Both the position numbers and the translations under genes were made by a program. From positions 1 to 49,873 of the forward strand of contig MTLP01000017.1 in the NCBI GenBank assembly GCA_002009975.1: 49,873 nt of DNA. The letters are read 5' to 3'. The first letter of the stretch is position 1. Every line of letters begins with the position of its first letter. This DNA comes from Thermococcus sp. JdFR-02 (GTDB lineage: Archaea > Methanobacteriota_B > Thermococci > Thermococcales > Thermococcaceae). The notes under the pieces were generated by a model, which saw only the letters and a list, made by a program, of their open reading frames with translations, was not told the origin of the DNA and made no database searches. Positions 1-11,881 of the stretch are shown piece by piece.

Positions 1-92
1 ATTTATTTATCCTTGGTTTTTCAGTTTGCCCATAAAAAAACGGGCTATTCTACCAAACTAACCTATTCTACAAACCCCAGGAGGTTTTTAAC

Positions 93-3000
93 ATGATAAA
101 AGAGCCTGAAATGAGAGAATATAATGCCCAAAAGCTCGAAGAAAGAATAGAAGACTTTTGGAAACAAAGCGACACACCAAAGAAGGTTAAAACACTAAGA
201 GAAAATGGTCCAAAGTATTACTTTTTGGATGGACCACCTTATGTTAGTGGTGCCATACACCTTGGGACTGCTTGGAACAAGATCATCAAAGATATGGTGA
301 TAAGATTTAGAACGATGCAGGGGTATAATGTTAGAAGACAGCCGGGTTATGACATGCACGGTTTGCCTATAGAAGTTAAAGTTGAGCAAGCTCTCGGTTT
401 AAAGATAAAGAAGGACATAGAGGAAAAGATAGGCGTTGATGAGTTCATAAAGAAGTGTAAAGAGTTTGCCCTTAAAAATCTAAAGACGATGACCGAGCAA
501 TTCAAAATGCTTGGCGTTTGGATGGACTGGGAGAATCCTTACATGACAATAAAGAATGAATACATAGAAGCTGCATGGTGGACGCTTAAAAGAGCTTGGG
601 AGAAGGGGCTTTTAGAGAAGGATTTGAGGGTTTTACACTGGTGTCCAAGATGTGAAACTGCTTTGGCTGAGCATGAAGTAAGAGGAGAGTATAAAATAAG
701 AGAAGACCCGAGCATATATGTGAAATTCCCAATAGAAGGGAAAGAGAATGAGTACTTGCTTATTTGGACTACAACACCCTGGACTTTACCAGCTAACTTA
801 GCGGTTGCGGCTCATCCAGAATATGACTATGTAAAAGTTAAAGTCGAATGGGAAGGCAAAAAAGAATACTGGTTCTTAGCAAAGAGATTAATGGATAAAG
901 TTCTTGGAGAGATAGGCGTTAAAGGTGAAATAGTTGAGGAATTCAAAGGAGAGCAATTAGAGGGTATAAGATATGTGCATCCATTCTTAGAAGAATATCC
1001 AACACAAAAAGAGTTCAGAGAAAGGTACGAATGGGCACATAGAGTAATTCTTGGAGACTTCGTGACTTTAGGAGAAGGAACTGGGCTAGTTCACTCAGCA
1101 CCAGGTCATGGTGAGGAGGACTTTGAAGTTGGTAGGAGATATGGACTGCCCATATATAGCCCATTAGACGATGAAGGCCGTTACGTAGAAGGTAAGTGGA
1201 AGGGAGTTTATGTTAAAGATGCTGATCCACAAATAATCGAGTATCTCAAAGAAAAGGGATTATTAGTTAAAGAAGACACAATAGAGCACAAATATCCACA
1301 CTGCTGGCGTTGTAAGACGCCGCTAATATTTAGAGCAACAGAGCAATGGTTCTTAAAGGTTAATAAAGTCAAGGATCAAATAATAAAGGAAAATGATGAA
1401 AAGGTAACATGGTATCCAGACTGGGTTAAAGTAAGGTATGACAACGGTGTAATGAATAGTGGAGATTGGTGTATATCGAGGCAAAGATATTGGGGGATAC
1501 CGTTACCATTCTGGGTCTGTGAAAAGTGTGGTTATGTTCACGTAGTTGGAAGCTTTGATGAGCTTAAAGAGCTGAGCAAAGAACCAATAAACCATGATAT
1601 ACATGAGGTTGACCTACATAAGCCATGGGTCGATACAGTAGTCTTGAAGTGTCCAAAGTGTGAAGGGGATATGAAAAGAGTCAAGGATGTTTTGGACGTA
1701 TGGTTCGACTCTGGAATAGCATCTTGGGCGTCCTTAGGCTATCCAAGGAACAAAAAAGCATTTGAAGAACTTTGGCCTGCTGACTTTATAGTTGAGGGTC
1801 AAGATCAAGTCACAAAATGGTTCTACTCACAGCAAGCCGCAAGTGTTATAGCCTTTGACACAGTTCCATACAGAAAAGTTGCTATGCACGGTTATGTTTT
1901 AGATGAAAAAGGAGATAAGATGAGTAAAAGCTTGGGGAACATAATAAGACCAGAGGAAGTTGTTCAAAAGGAGGGAAGAGATGCCTTTAGATTTTACATG
2001 TTATGGGCAAATGTTCCTTGGGAAGACTTAAGGTTCAGCTGGGAAGGGTTAAGACAAGTTAAGAGAATGCTCAACATACTTTGGAACGTTTACATATTAA
2101 GTGCAACCTACATGAGCTTAGATAGATTTGATCCAACAACGATAAACCCAGAAGAGCTTCCATTCAGGGAAGAGGACAAATGGATACTCTCAAAAGTTAA
2201 CAGCCTGATAGACACAGTTAACAGTGGATTGGAGAACTTCTACCTAATAAAAGCCACAAGAGGAATATATAACTTCGTAGTTGAAGACTTGAGCAGATGG
2301 TACGTGAGATTGATAAGAAAAAGGCTTTGGGTTGAAAGTGACGACCCAGATAAGTTAGCTGCCTATTACACGCTTTGGAAAGTCTTTGATGTTCTCTTAA
2401 GACTAATGGCACCATTTACACCATATTTAGCCGAAGAAATATATCAAAATCTAATAAGACCTTTCAGTGAAAGAGAGAGCGTTCACATGCAAGATTGGCC
2501 AAAGAAAGATGAGAAACTCGTTGATGTTGAGTTAGAGAGAGAAATGAACGTTATAAGATCAATAGTTGAAGCAGGTTCAGCGGCAAGACAAAAGGCAAAG
2601 ATAAAGCTTAGATATCCAGTCAAACAAATAATCGTGGAAACCGATGATGAAACCGCAATAAAAGCCGTAGAAAGACTCAATAGAATACTGAGAGACCAAT
2701 TAAATGCTAAGGAAGTTGTAGTGGGCAAGATAGAAAGAGATATAAGAGCCAAGCCAAACTTTGCAAAGCTCGGTCCACACTTCAAAGGAGATGCAAAGAT
2801 TGTTGCCAAGTGGATAGAGAGTCAGGAACCAAAAGAACTCTACGAAAGGATAATGAGAGGAGCGTTTAAGGTTGAGATAGATGGCAAAGAATTCGAGATA
2901 CAAAGAGAACACATAATATTTGAAGAAGAACTGCCAGAACACCTCGTTGGTGAAGAATTTGAGCACGGTAAAGTCTTTGTTGACAAAAGATTAACAAGAG

Positions 3001-3260
3001 AGCTGATAGCAGAGGGTTATGCAAGAGAGGTCGTTAGAAGAATACAAGAAATGAGAAAACAACTTGATTTAGATGTAAACGACAGGATAAAGGTATACAT
3101 AAACGTGAATGAAGAAGGAAAATCATTACTCCAAGAAATGCTGGATTATGTAAAGAGAGAAACAAGGGCAGTAGAGGTACAATTTACAGATGATGTTAAA
3201 GGATACACAGTTGAATGGACCGAAATAAAAGCCAAAATTGGGATTGAAAAGGTTGAGTGA
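93..3260 (+). CDS. ileS: Isoleucyl-tRNA synthetase
   Basis: GPPYVSGAIHLG (HIGH-like), WTTTPWTLP editing motif, WCISRQRYWG and KMSKS motifs; RBS GGAGG at 80-84. Confidence 0.98.
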   Translation: MIKEPEMREYNAQKLEERIEDFWKQSDTPKKVKTLRENGPKYYFLDGPPYVSGAIHLGTAWNKIIKDMVIRFRTMQGYNVRRQPGYDMHGLPIEVKVEQALGLKIKKDIEEKIGVDEFIKKCKEFALKNLKTMTEQFKMLGVWMDWENPYMTIKNEYIEAAWWTLKRAWEKGLLEKDLRVLHWCPRCETALAEHEVRGEYKIREDPSIYVKFPIEGKENEYLLIWTTTPWTLPANLAVAAHPEYDYVKVKVEWEGKKEYWFLAKRLMDKVLGEIGVKGEIVEEFKGEQLEGIRYVHPFLEEYPTQKEFRERYEWAHRVILGDFVTLGEGTGLVHSAPGHGEEDFEVGRRYGLPIYSPLDDEGRYVEGKWKGVYVKDADPQIIEYLKEKGLLVKEDTIEHKYPHCWRCKTPLIFRATEQWFLKVNKVKDQIIKENDEKVTWYPDWVKVRYDNGVMNSGDWCISRQRYWGIPLPFWVCEKCGYVHVVGSFDELKELSKEPINHDIHEVDLHKPWVDTVVLKCPKCEGDMKRVKDVLDVWFDSGIASWASLGYPRNKKAFEELWPADFIVEGQDQVTKWFYSQQAASVIAFDTVPYRKVAMHGYVLDEKGDKMSKSLGNIIRPEEVVQKEGRDAFRFYMLWANVPWEDLRFSWEGLRQVKRMLNILWNVYILSATYMSLDRFDPTTINPEELPFREEDKWILSKVNSLIDTVNSGLENFYLIKATRGIYNFVVEDLSRWYVRLIRKRLWVESDDPDKLAAYYTLWKVFDVLLRLMAPFTPYLAEEIYQNLIRPFSERESVHMQDWPKKDEKLVDVELEREMNVIRSIVEAGSAARQKAKIKLRYPVKQIIVETDDETAIKAVERLNRILRDQLNAKEVVVGKIERDIRAKPNFAKLGPHFKGDAKIVAKWIESQEPKELYERIMRGAFKVEIDGKEFEIQREHIIFEEELPEHLVGEEFEHGKVFVDKRLTRELIAEGYAREVVRRIQEMRKQLDLDVNDRIKVYINVNEEGKSLLQEMLDYVKRETRAVEVQFTDDVKGYTVEWTEIKAKIGIEKVE

Positions 3261-3292
3261 GCTTTGTTTCATTTTTTGATTTTTTCTAATTT
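3261..3292 (+). terminator. T-rich archaeal terminator after ileS
   Basis: Oligo-T tracts directly after the stop codon. Confidence 0.5.
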
Positions 3293-3464
3293 ATAATCCA
3301 CAACCTTTCTAACTTAATGCCCTCGTAAGTAACTTATGGTGGTGTAAGGGCTCTTTATGTGAAGCTTAGAAATAGTAATATTGCTTTTTTAGTCTTATCC
3401 TGAGTTTCACAAGAATTGACTAATAATTAACAAGAAAACAAGGAAAAATAGAGCAGAAAGGGTA

Positions 3465-4727
3465 TCACTTCTTTACCCAACCTCTGTCCTTCATTGCTTG
3501 GTATACTCTGCTGACGGCAACAACGTATGCTGCATCTCTCATGTTGATGTTCTTCTCCTTGTGGGTGTTGTAAACGTCCCAGAATGCCTTTGTCATCTTC
3601 TTGTCAAGCTTTGCTCTTGTTTCTTCGACTGTCCAGTAGTCGCCAGTTATGTTTTGCACCCATTCAAAGTAGCTGACTGTAACACCACCGGCGTTACAGA
3701 GGAAGTCTGGGATAATGAGGATGCCCTTCTCGTGTAGTATCTCATCTGCTTCTGGTGTGGTTGGACCATTTGCAAGCTCAGCAACAATCTTAGCCTTGAT
3801 GTTGTCAGCGTTGTGCTTGGTGATGACCTCCTCGATAGCAGCTGGAGCTAAGATGTCGACCTCAAGCTCGAGTAAGTCTTCATTTGTGATGGCTGTTGTC
3901 CCTGGGAAGTCCTTAACGCTACCTGTCTTCTTCTTCCAAGCAAGAACTTCATCAGCGTTAAGCCCATCTGGGTTATAGATACCGCCCTTACTGTCGCTAA
4001 CAGCGACAACCTTCATGCCGTACTCTTCGCTCATGATCTTAGCCATGTAGTAACCAGCGTTACCGTAACCTTGGATTGCAATAGTCTTGCCCTCTAAGGT
4101 GTCCCAGCCAAGTGCCTTAGCGGCTTCTCTAACTGTAAATGCTGCACCTCTAGCTGTTGCATCCATTCTAGCAATGATACCACCGACACTTGGTGGCTTA
4201 CCTGTGATGATACCGAAGGCTGGGGTCTTTCTTCTTGCAATCATCTCGTACTCGTCCATCATCCAAGCCATGATTTGTGGGTTAGTGTAAACGTCTGGAG
4301 CTGGAATGTCGGTGTATGGGCTTATAATGTCATAGATAGCCCTTATATAACCCCTTGAAAGTCTCTCCTTTTCTCTATCAGAGAGCTCTTTTGGATTACA
4401 GATAACTCCACCCTTACCTCCACCGTATGGGAGGTCCATAACGGCGGTCTTCCAAGTCATCCAAGCAGCTAAAGCTTTAACTGTGCTTAATGTTTCTTCA
4501 GGGTGCCATCTAATACCACCCTTTGTTGGACCGCGAGCCCAATTGTATTGGACTCTAAATCCTGTGAAAACCTTAACAGAACCATCATCCATCTCTACCG
4601 GGATTGTTACCTCAAGAATTCTTTGTGGTCTCTTTAAAAACTCTAAAGCCTCGTCACTTATATCCATATATTGGGCAGCTCTTTCGAGTTGCTTAACAGC
4701 AATTTCAAATGGGTCTTGCTCAACCAT
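3465..4727 (-). CDS. gdhA: Glutamate dehydrogenase
   Basis: [22 protein letters not shown] and GYGNAG motifs; start moved to MVEQDPF (4727) because of the GGAGGT RBS at 4734-4739. Confidence 0.98.
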   Translation of the reverse strand: MVEQDPFEIAVKQLERAAQYMDISDEALEFLKRPQRILEVTIPVEMDDGSVKVFTGFRVQYNWARGPTKGGIRWHPEETLSTVKALAAWMTWKTAVMDLPYGGGKGGVICNPKELSDREKERLSRGYIRAIYDIISPYTDIPAPDVYTNPQIMAWMMDEYEMIARRKTPAFGIITGKPPSVGGIIARMDATARGAAFTVREAAKALGWDTLEGKTIAIQGYGNAGYYMAKIMSEEYGMKVVAVSDSKGGIYNPDGLNADEVLAWKKKTGSVKDFPGTTAITNEDLLELEVDILAPAAIEEVITKHNADNIKAKIVAELANGPTTPEADEILHEKGILIIPDFLCNAGGVTVSYFEWVQNITGDYWTVEETRAKLDKKMTKAFWDVYNTHKEKNINMRDAAYVVAVSRVYQAMKDRGWVKK

Positions 4728-5277
4728 GTGCATACCTCCATATTAGGTGATTAGCGATACAAATTTAGGCAATAGCATATATAAACCTTTCGTTGAAACT
4801 CCTTAGAAAACTCTTATTTCTAAACGAAAAGTTATGTATGAAAGCCTTCAATGAAACAAAAAAATCAGAAGCAATAAATCAATTATAAAAGCACTAGCTG
4901 TCCCCATTTTACATACATCAATGTTCAAAGTAGTGTATCAATGAGCTAAAATTTTAAACACATGAAATATTTTATATGGTTTAGGAACACCAAATTTGAT
5001 GCCAAGACATTCATCAAAAAATTTTCTCAATAGTTTCTATGTGCTTTATAACAAAGTTCAATTTATCGTCATATACTCAACAAAATTTTTACTTTATGCG
5101 GAAGTATTTGAAAAATGACAATAATGCACTGTTTTTAGTTTTAAGCGTGAGTAAATCGTCTTTTGTCGAATTCAGCGAAGGGAAACTTTTATTAAGGGTT
5201 CTTAACATTATGAATAATTGCAAATATTTGTTCATTGATGCAAAATTCGGTTGAATTGAGTTTAGAGGTGAAATGAT

Positions 5278-6843
5278 ATGGAACAAAGAGATAGATGGGC
5301 AACCAAGATTGGATTGATATTAGCAATGGCAGGAAACGCAATAGGTCTAGGAAACTTCTGGAGATTCCCATACCAAGCTGCCAAGAATGGTGGCGGTGCA
5401 TTCATGATACCATATTTTGCAGCACTGTTCCTCTTGGGAATACCAATCATGTGGGTTGAGTGGGTTGAAGGTAGATACGGAGGTAAATATGGACACGGTA
5501 CTTTGGGACCAACATTCTACCTAATGTCAAGAGAGAGCTTGAAACCAAGAACAGCATTGATATTTGGTATTATAGGTGGTATGTTAGCATTTTCAGTTAC
5601 AACGCTCTTGAACAGTTATTATCTCCACGTTATTGGTTGGTCAGCAGCTTATACATACTTCAGCGCAACTGGGGCATACTTTGGAAAGAACTCAGTAGAA
5701 TTCATGATTGGGTACCTAACAAACACAGGACAAGTGCTGTTATTCTGGGGTATTTCAGTTATATTGCTTGGAATTGCAGTAGGACAGGGTGTTAGTAAGG
5801 GTATAGAAAGATGGGTTAAGGTTATGATGCCCGTCTTGTATATAGCAGCTATCTTATTAGTTCTTAGATCATTAACCCTTGGTTCACCAGTTAAGCCAGA
5901 GTGGAGTTCAATCAAAGGTTTTGAATTCCTATGGGAGCCAAGATTTGGCGAAATAACCTGGCAATCAGCATTAGCAGCTGCAGGACAAATATTCTTCACC
6001 CTAAGTTTGGGTATGGGTATCATACAAAACTATGCAAGCTATTTGGGTCCAGAGGATGACGTTGCACTTTCAGGTTTAGCAACAGTTTCACTTAACGAGT
6101 TTGCTGAGGTTATCCTAGGTGGTTCAATTGCTATCCCAATTGCATTCGCATACTTGGGTCAAGAGGGAGTTAAGGCAGGAGTTGGTTTAGCTTACATTGC
6201 ATTGCCAAACGTATTCATGAGAATGCCCGCTGGTCAATTCTTCGGTGCAGTATGGTTCCTATTGCTTTGGTTTGCTGGTTTCACATCAGCTATAGCCATG
6301 TACAACTATTTGGTTGCATTGCTTGAAGAAGACTTGAAGATAAACAGAAAGACAGGTGCAGCATTTGTATTCATACTCTACCTAATCCTTGGACTTCCAG
6401 TTGCATTAGACCCAACAGCAGCAAGCTTAGACTTATACTACCTAACAGAGCTTGACTTATGGGTAGGTTCATACTTGCTAGTAGTATTGGGTCTCTTTGA
6501 TATCATCGTTGCAGTTTGGTTATTCAAGCCAGAGAACTTCTGGGAAGAATTGCACAAAGGAGCTTACATCAAGGTTCCTGAGTGGGTTATGATATTCATC
6601 AAATACATTGCCCCAGCTTATACCGCAATCTTGTTGATTGCAACAACATGGGACTACATTAAGTCAGGATTCTTCAAGGCAGTACCAAGCTATGTAGCCA
6701 AGCCAGAATTTGCTAAGTGGGTCTGGGGAGCCAGAGGAATGATGCTATTAATTCTCATCATAGGTGCTATCGAAGCATACATGGCTATCAAGAAGAAGTA
6801 CGGTGAAGAATTAGAGAAGAACGAGGTAATAATAAAGCTCTGA
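5278..6843 (+). CDS. Sodium-dependent amino-acid transporter, NSS/SNF (LeuT-like) family
   Basis: GNAIGLGNFWRFPY...NGGGAF and QIFFTLSLGMG motifs; many hydrophobic segments. Confidence 0.95.
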   Translation: MEQRDRWATKIGLILAMAGNAIGLGNFWRFPYQAAKNGGGAFMIPYFAALFLLGIPIMWVEWVEGRYGGKYGHGTLGPTFYLMSRESLKPRTALIFGIIGGMLAFSVTTLLNSYYLHVIGWSAAYTYFSATGAYFGKNSVEFMIGYLTNTGQVLLFWGISVILLGIAVGQGVSKGIERWVKVMMPVLYIAAILLVLRSLTLGSPVKPEWSSIKGFEFLWEPRFGEITWQSALAAAGQIFFTLSLGMGIIQNYASYLGPEDDVALSGLATVSLNEFAEVILGGSIAIPIAFAYLGQEGVKAGVGLAYIALPNVFMRMPAGQFFGAVWFLLLWFAGFTSAIAMYNYLVALLEEDLKINRKTGAAFVFILYLILGLPVALDPTAASLDLYYLTELDLWVGSYLLVVLGLFDIIVAVWLFKPENFWEELHKGAYIKVPEWVMIFIKYIAPAYTAILLIATTWDYIKSGFFKAVPSYVAKPEFAKWVWGARGMMLLILIIGAIEAYMAIKKKYGEELEKNEVIIKL

Positions 6844-6853
6844 GGTGAGGGAA

Positions 6854-6958
6854 ATGAAAGCTAGTGCTTTAGCATTCATGGTATTTGCATGGGGAGTAAT
6901 ATTAGTATGGATGTACTTGGCAGTTACTAAATTGCTCAAAGCAGAGCAAAAGGCTTAA
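6854..6958 (+). CDS. 34-aa single-TM peptide, probable MetS-like small subunit of the NSS transporter (not in ORF track)
   Basis: MKASALAFMVFAWGVILVWMYLAVTKLLKAEQKA; RBS GAGGTGA overlaps the transporter stop; followed by a T-rich terminator. Confidence 0.8.
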   Translation: MKASALAFMVFAWGVILVWMYLAVTKLLKAEQKA

Positions 6959-6997
6959 AGGCCTTTTCTTTTTTATTTACTTTTGGAGGTGTTTCTT

Positions 6998-7726
6998 GTG
7001 AAAAGCATTGAAATTCTCAAGGAAATTACCAAAGTTTTGGGAGAGATAGAGGAGAGGATTAAGGGATTAAGTTCATTATCTCCTAAAAAGAAAGAACAAG
7101 CTTTAAATAAGATTAGAGAAGCAAGAGAGAACTTTTTCAATCTTATAGATGAAGTTGTGATTGATAATGAAGAGTTGGCGAGTTTCTTTTTAAAGAGAGC
7201 TGTTAGATTAAAGAACTCCACAAACAACAAAACAATTGAAAAACTTGGCGAGAAGGAATATATGAAAGAGGTTGAGGCGATTTTGAAATACTCGAGAGCC
7301 GCTCCTTACGATTTCACAAACAGAATGAAGTACGTGAATAGGGCATATAAAGCTTATATCTACGGATTAATTCCTTTCTTCATTTTAGGAGGATTATTTG
7401 GACCTCAATTTGCAATAACTTCTTTGATATTAGTAATTCCAATTTTGCTCTCTGTACTGAGCTTAAGAAAAAGAGGATATACTGGTTTAATGCTGGCATT
7501 TGCAGTGTTGCCCATACCAATATTGATGGGAGCCTTTGCAATAAGGTACGCACTATATGCCCTAACAACACCAGGTGAGATTCAACAAATAGTTGAGCAA
7601 ACTGGAAAGTCATTGGCAACGGCACAGGGGTTAGTAATTCTAATGCTGGTGCTGGGAATAATAGACATCACGTTACTAACCTATGCTGGATACATGTTCT
7701 ACAAAAATAGACATGCGTTCCTCTAG
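6998..7726 (+). CDS. Membrane protein of unknown function (helical soluble N-terminus, about 4 C-terminal TM segments)
   Basis: ORF with GGAGGTG RBS before the GTG at 6998; hydrophobic C-terminal half. Confidence 0.75.
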   Translation: MKSIEILKEITKVLGEIEERIKGLSSLSPKKKEQALNKIREARENFFNLIDEVVIDNEELASFFLKRAVRLKNSTNNKTIEKLGEKEYMKEVEAILKYSRAAPYDFTNRMKYVNRAYKAYIYGLIPFFILGGLFGPQFAITSLILVIPILLSVLSLRKRGYTGLMLAFAVLPIPILMGAFAIRYALYALTTPGEIQQIVEQTGKSLATAQGLVILMLVLGIIDITLLTYAGYMFYKNRHAFL

Positions 7727-9075
7727 CTCTTTAAATCCCATTTTTCTTTACTTAAGAAAAGATATGCTTCGTCTTTTAGTTCTGGAGGAACAAAATTGAT
7801 CAATATTTTAGCATTTCTTATGAAATCTCTAACATTTTTACCCAAGGACACCTGATTCTTATCCAATAGCTCAACAATAATATCAACAATGGTATTTGCA
7901 GCTTCTTTTTCAGAGAAAAGCTGTCTCCCTCTAATCCATACCCTTTCATTTTTGACATAAAAGTTAAGCCCTCTCTCAGTATAAAACTCTGGGCCCTGTT
8001 TAATCCCTATTTTTGGCTTTTCTAAACGGTCGATTTCAAGCATTATGAAGGCTTTCTCTTTGTAGCCCCAATTTGAATCATAGACTCTAAACCCTCTCAA
8101 TTCTAAAGCCTTTTCAAATCCCTTTGCACTCTTTTCAAGCTGAGGCAAGAGAATATCATCAATTAAATCGGGCTTTTCAAAAAGCAGAGTTACAAGATTA
8201 GCCCCTTTCTTCCTAAGCAATTCCTTATAATCACCAATTGGCACTTCTTTTGGGAAGAAGAATTTAATGCTCGGCTTTTTTAAGAACTCTTTTGATCTGA
8301 AATAAAAACGTGCAAAGTTCTCCCAGCTTAATGCGGAAGCAACGTTTCTCCTTGGATCAACAGGATCTATTATAATTAGAGGGCTCTCCTTTTCCCTTTC
8401 CACAGTTTTTAATGATATTTCTGGTTCTTTTCTAAGCCAGCCTTCCAAATCAATTATCTTCTGCTTAAATAAAAGCTCATGATTTTTAATGACATTAATG
8501 AAAGAGCCGTAATAAATTATCAAAAGCTCCGTTAAATAGCCAGAAAAGCCTTTAACATAAATTTCACTTCCATAAACACCTATACCTTTGAGAAAGCGCT
8601 TTAAAAGCCTGACTTCATCATTTTTGCCATTTAAATTCTTCAATACCCATTTATTATGAAGAATTGACCTATCAACTGCTGTTTTCACCTCCCTCCAGTC
8701 TTTAACGTCGTAACAAGGCACTAAATCAATTTTGAAGCCCTTATATTTAGCCCTAACATATGGATGCTCAGCGTAAGCAACCTCATAGCTCTCAAGTTTT
8801 TCTCCAATTGCCTTTGCCAATTTAAGTCCTTCTTCTCTAAGCTTTTCTAAATTGATCTCAAGAGGAAATGCTAAAAACAGGTCAATATCATGATCGCCAG
8901 CCAAATAGGTATCTTTAGCTAAAGAACCAACAAAATAGGGAATAACTTTTAGATTAACATCTTTAATCGTATCTTCAGCTATTTCCAGAACTTCATTCTT
9001 TACACTCTCAACCAGCTCTTTCTCTTGTTCACTTGGTTTAATTTTTGAAAGAACTTCCCTCAAGATGTCTTCCAT
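7723..9075 (-). CDS. cca: Archaeal class I CCA-adding tRNA nucleotidyltransferase
   Basis: GSLAKDTYL..DHDIDLF, AEHPYV, GFSGYLTELL and DPVDPRRNVA motifs. Confidence 0.97.
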   Translation of the reverse strand: MEDILREVLSKIKPSEQEKELVESVKNEVLEIAEDTIKDVNLKVIPYFVGSLAKDTYLAGDHDIDLFLAFPLEINLEKLREEGLKLAKAIGEKLESYEVAYAEHPYVRAKYKGFKIDLVPCYDVKDWREVKTAVDRSILHNKWVLKNLNGKNDEVRLLKRFLKGIGVYGSEIYVKGFSGYLTELLIIYYGSFINVIKNHELLFKQKIIDLEGWLRKEPEISLKTVEREKESPLIIIDPVDPRRNVASALSWENFARFYFRSKEFLKKPSIKFFFPKEVPIGDYKELLRKKGANLVTLLFEKPDLIDDILLPQLEKSAKGFEKALELRGFRVYDSNWGYKEKAFIMLEIDRLEKPKIGIKQGPEFYTERGLNFYVKNERVWIRGRQLFSEKEAANTIVDIIVELLDKNQVSLGKNVRDFIRNAKILINFVPPELKDEAYLFLSKEKWDLKS

Positions 9076-9119
9076 TTTTCTCTCCTAATTAAAGTTGAAA
9101 AGAAAGTTTAAAGGGTTTT

Positions 9120-9680
9120 CTAATCCAAAAGCTCACACTTCTTTATCGTTTCATATATTGGTCCTTTTGGTGTTAGCGTACTTTTCTTAAGCTCAATAGC
9201 CTCAACTCTAAAACTCCCAAACTCTTCATTTGCTAACTCTTTAAGAACCAGCATTAATTCAACTTTGTCTTTGACGTATTTTACCCTTCCAATTGTGACA
9301 TGGGAAACAAACTCTTTGTCCTTTTTAAATCCAAGCTTCTGCATAGCCTTCTCAACATCACTTGCTATCTTCTTTATTATCTCATCGTTTTCTATCCCAG
9401 TCCAAATAACCCTGACGTAGTTATAGCTGGGAAAAACACCAATTCCTTTGACTTTCACTTCATGCTTTTTATACTTCTTTGCTATATCCTCAAGAATTTT
9501 GCCGATCTCCTTTGCTTGTTCTTCGCTTATCTCTCCAAGAAATTTTAAAGTTAAATGAAGATTTTCTGGCTCAACAAACTTTATTTTTGCACTCTTAGTT
9601 CTTGCAATTTTGTCTTGAGCTTCAACTAACTTTTTCCTAACTTCATCGTTTGTTAAATCAATTGCAATGAAAGCCCTCAT
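9120..9680 (-). CDS. thpR: RNA 2',3'-cyclic phosphodiesterase / 2'-5' RNA ligase (2H family)
   Basis: MRAFIAI start, two HxT motifs (HLT, HVT), [10 protein letters not shown]. Confidence 0.95.
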   Translation of the reverse strand: MRAFIAIDLTNDEVRKKLVEAQDKIARTKSAKIKFVEPENLHLTLKFLGEISEEQAKEIGKILEDIAKKYKKHEVKVKGIGVFPSYNYVRVIWTGIENDEIIKKIASDVEKAMQKLGFKKDKEFVSHVTIGRVKYVKDKVELMLVLKELANEEFGSFRVEAIELKKSTLTPKGPIYETIKKCELLD

Positions 9681-10141
9681 TGTCTAACCACCACTGGAAA
9701 TTCTTCCCATGGAAAGACTATCCATTTATCCGTCCTAAAGACATAGAAGTCAGGAATTACTGTTGTCCATGGTTTCATAGCTAAACAAACAACCTTAACC
9801 TCCTTAGCACCTAAGCGCTTCACTTCTTTAATGACAACCTGCAAAGTCTTTCCAGTGTCACTTACATCATCAACGATGATAACTTTCTTATCCTTCAAGT
9901 CTCCGTGAAGGGGAATTCTAATTTCTGGCTTTTCCATGCGCTTTTCAATATCTGTATAAAATTTCACATCAATGACTCTAAGCTCCACATCACCTAAAAC
10001 GTGACTTAGCCTCACAGCTGGAATTAATCCTCCCCTAGCTATTCCCACAATAATATCTGGCATAAAATTTTCTCTTAACTTGTCAGCAAGAGAGAATATT
10101 GCCCTATCTATTTGCCACCATGTCAAGTATACCTTGTCCAT
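9677..10141 (-). CDS. Type I phosphoribosyltransferase, probably purine salvage (hypoxanthine/guanine/xanthine)
   Basis: [21 protein letters not shown]-binding motif, WIVFPWE. Confidence 0.88.
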   Translation of the reverse strand: MDKVYLTWWQIDRAIFSLADKLRENFMPDIIVGIARGGLIPAVRLSHVLGDVELRVIDVKFYTDIEKRMEKPEIRIPLHGDLKDKKVIIVDDVSDTGKTLQVVIKEVKRLGAKEVKVVCLAMKPWTTVIPDFYVFRTDKWIVFPWEEFPVVVRQ

Positions 10142-10225
10142 GTTATCACCCCATAATCATGTTTGTGATTAAGTGAACAGATTTAAAATTAGAGTTAAGC
10201 ATTTAAAAATCCAACGTTGCCAAAT

Positions 10226-11291
<1,066 letters not shown>

Positions 11292-11293
11292 AA

Positions 11294-11881
11294 TCAGAAG
11301 GCATTCTTCAAAAAGTATTCATGAAGCCTCGTGTCATCAGTTAACTCTGGATGAAATGCTAAGCCAACAATGTTTCCTTGCTCAACACCTACAACCTCGT
11401 CTTTGTAATAAGCTATTGGATTTGCCTTTCCAAAGATTTCAATGATCCTTGGTGCTCTAATGAAAACCCCTAAAAACGGCTCTGCATCAAAAGTAAGCTT
11501 AAGCAGAGCTTCAAATGAATCAACCTGCCTACCATAGGCATTTCTACTAACTCTTACATCCAAAAGCTCAAGAAATCTTTGATCTCTAACCGCACCTTCA
11601 ATTTGCTTAGCTAAGAGTATTAACCCTGCACAGGTGCCCATAATTGGCAGACCGCTTTCGCCGAGATCTTTTACCTTATCAAGGAGATTGTTTTTAATCA
11701 TTAGCCTTGAAATTGTTGTGCTTTCGCCGCCAGGGATTATTAAGGCATCAATGTTTTTCAGTTGCTCAGCTTTTTTAAGCCAAAAGACTTCCCCGCTAAT
11801 GTTGAGCCTTTCCATAGCCTTTTTTGTCGCTTCTATATGCTCATTAACTGCTCCTTGAACTCCTATAACGCCAACTTTCAT
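11294..11881 (-). CDS. pdxT: PLP synthase glutaminase subunit
   Basis: [26 protein letters not shown] and FHPEL motifs. Confidence 0.97.
   Translation of the reverse strand: MKVGVIGVQGAVNEHIEATKKAMERLNISGEVFWLKKAEQLKNIDALIIPGGESTTISRLMIKNNLLDKVKDLGESGLPIMGTCAGLILLAKQIEGAVRDQRFLELLDVRVSRNAYGRQVDSFEALLKLTFDAEPFLGVFIRAPRIIEIFGKANPIAYYKDEVVGVEQGNIVGLAFHPELTDDTRLHEYFLKNAF

Noticed and set aside
3306-3372. Imperfect nested hairpin between ileS and gdhA (TTTCTAA/TTAGAAA, GCCCT/AGGGC)
   Set aside because: AT-rich and bulged, with no ACA tail or K-turn boxes; too weak to call an ncRNA in a hyperthermophile.
195-4746. Short ORFs antisense to ileS and gdhA (and similar short ORFs throughout the window)
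   Set aside because: They overlap well-supported genes on the opposite strand and have no recognisable motifs.
5039-5450. Four small ORFs in or near the gdhA/transporter intergenic region
   Set aside because: AT-rich promoter DNA or antisense to the transporter, with no convincing RBS or protein features.
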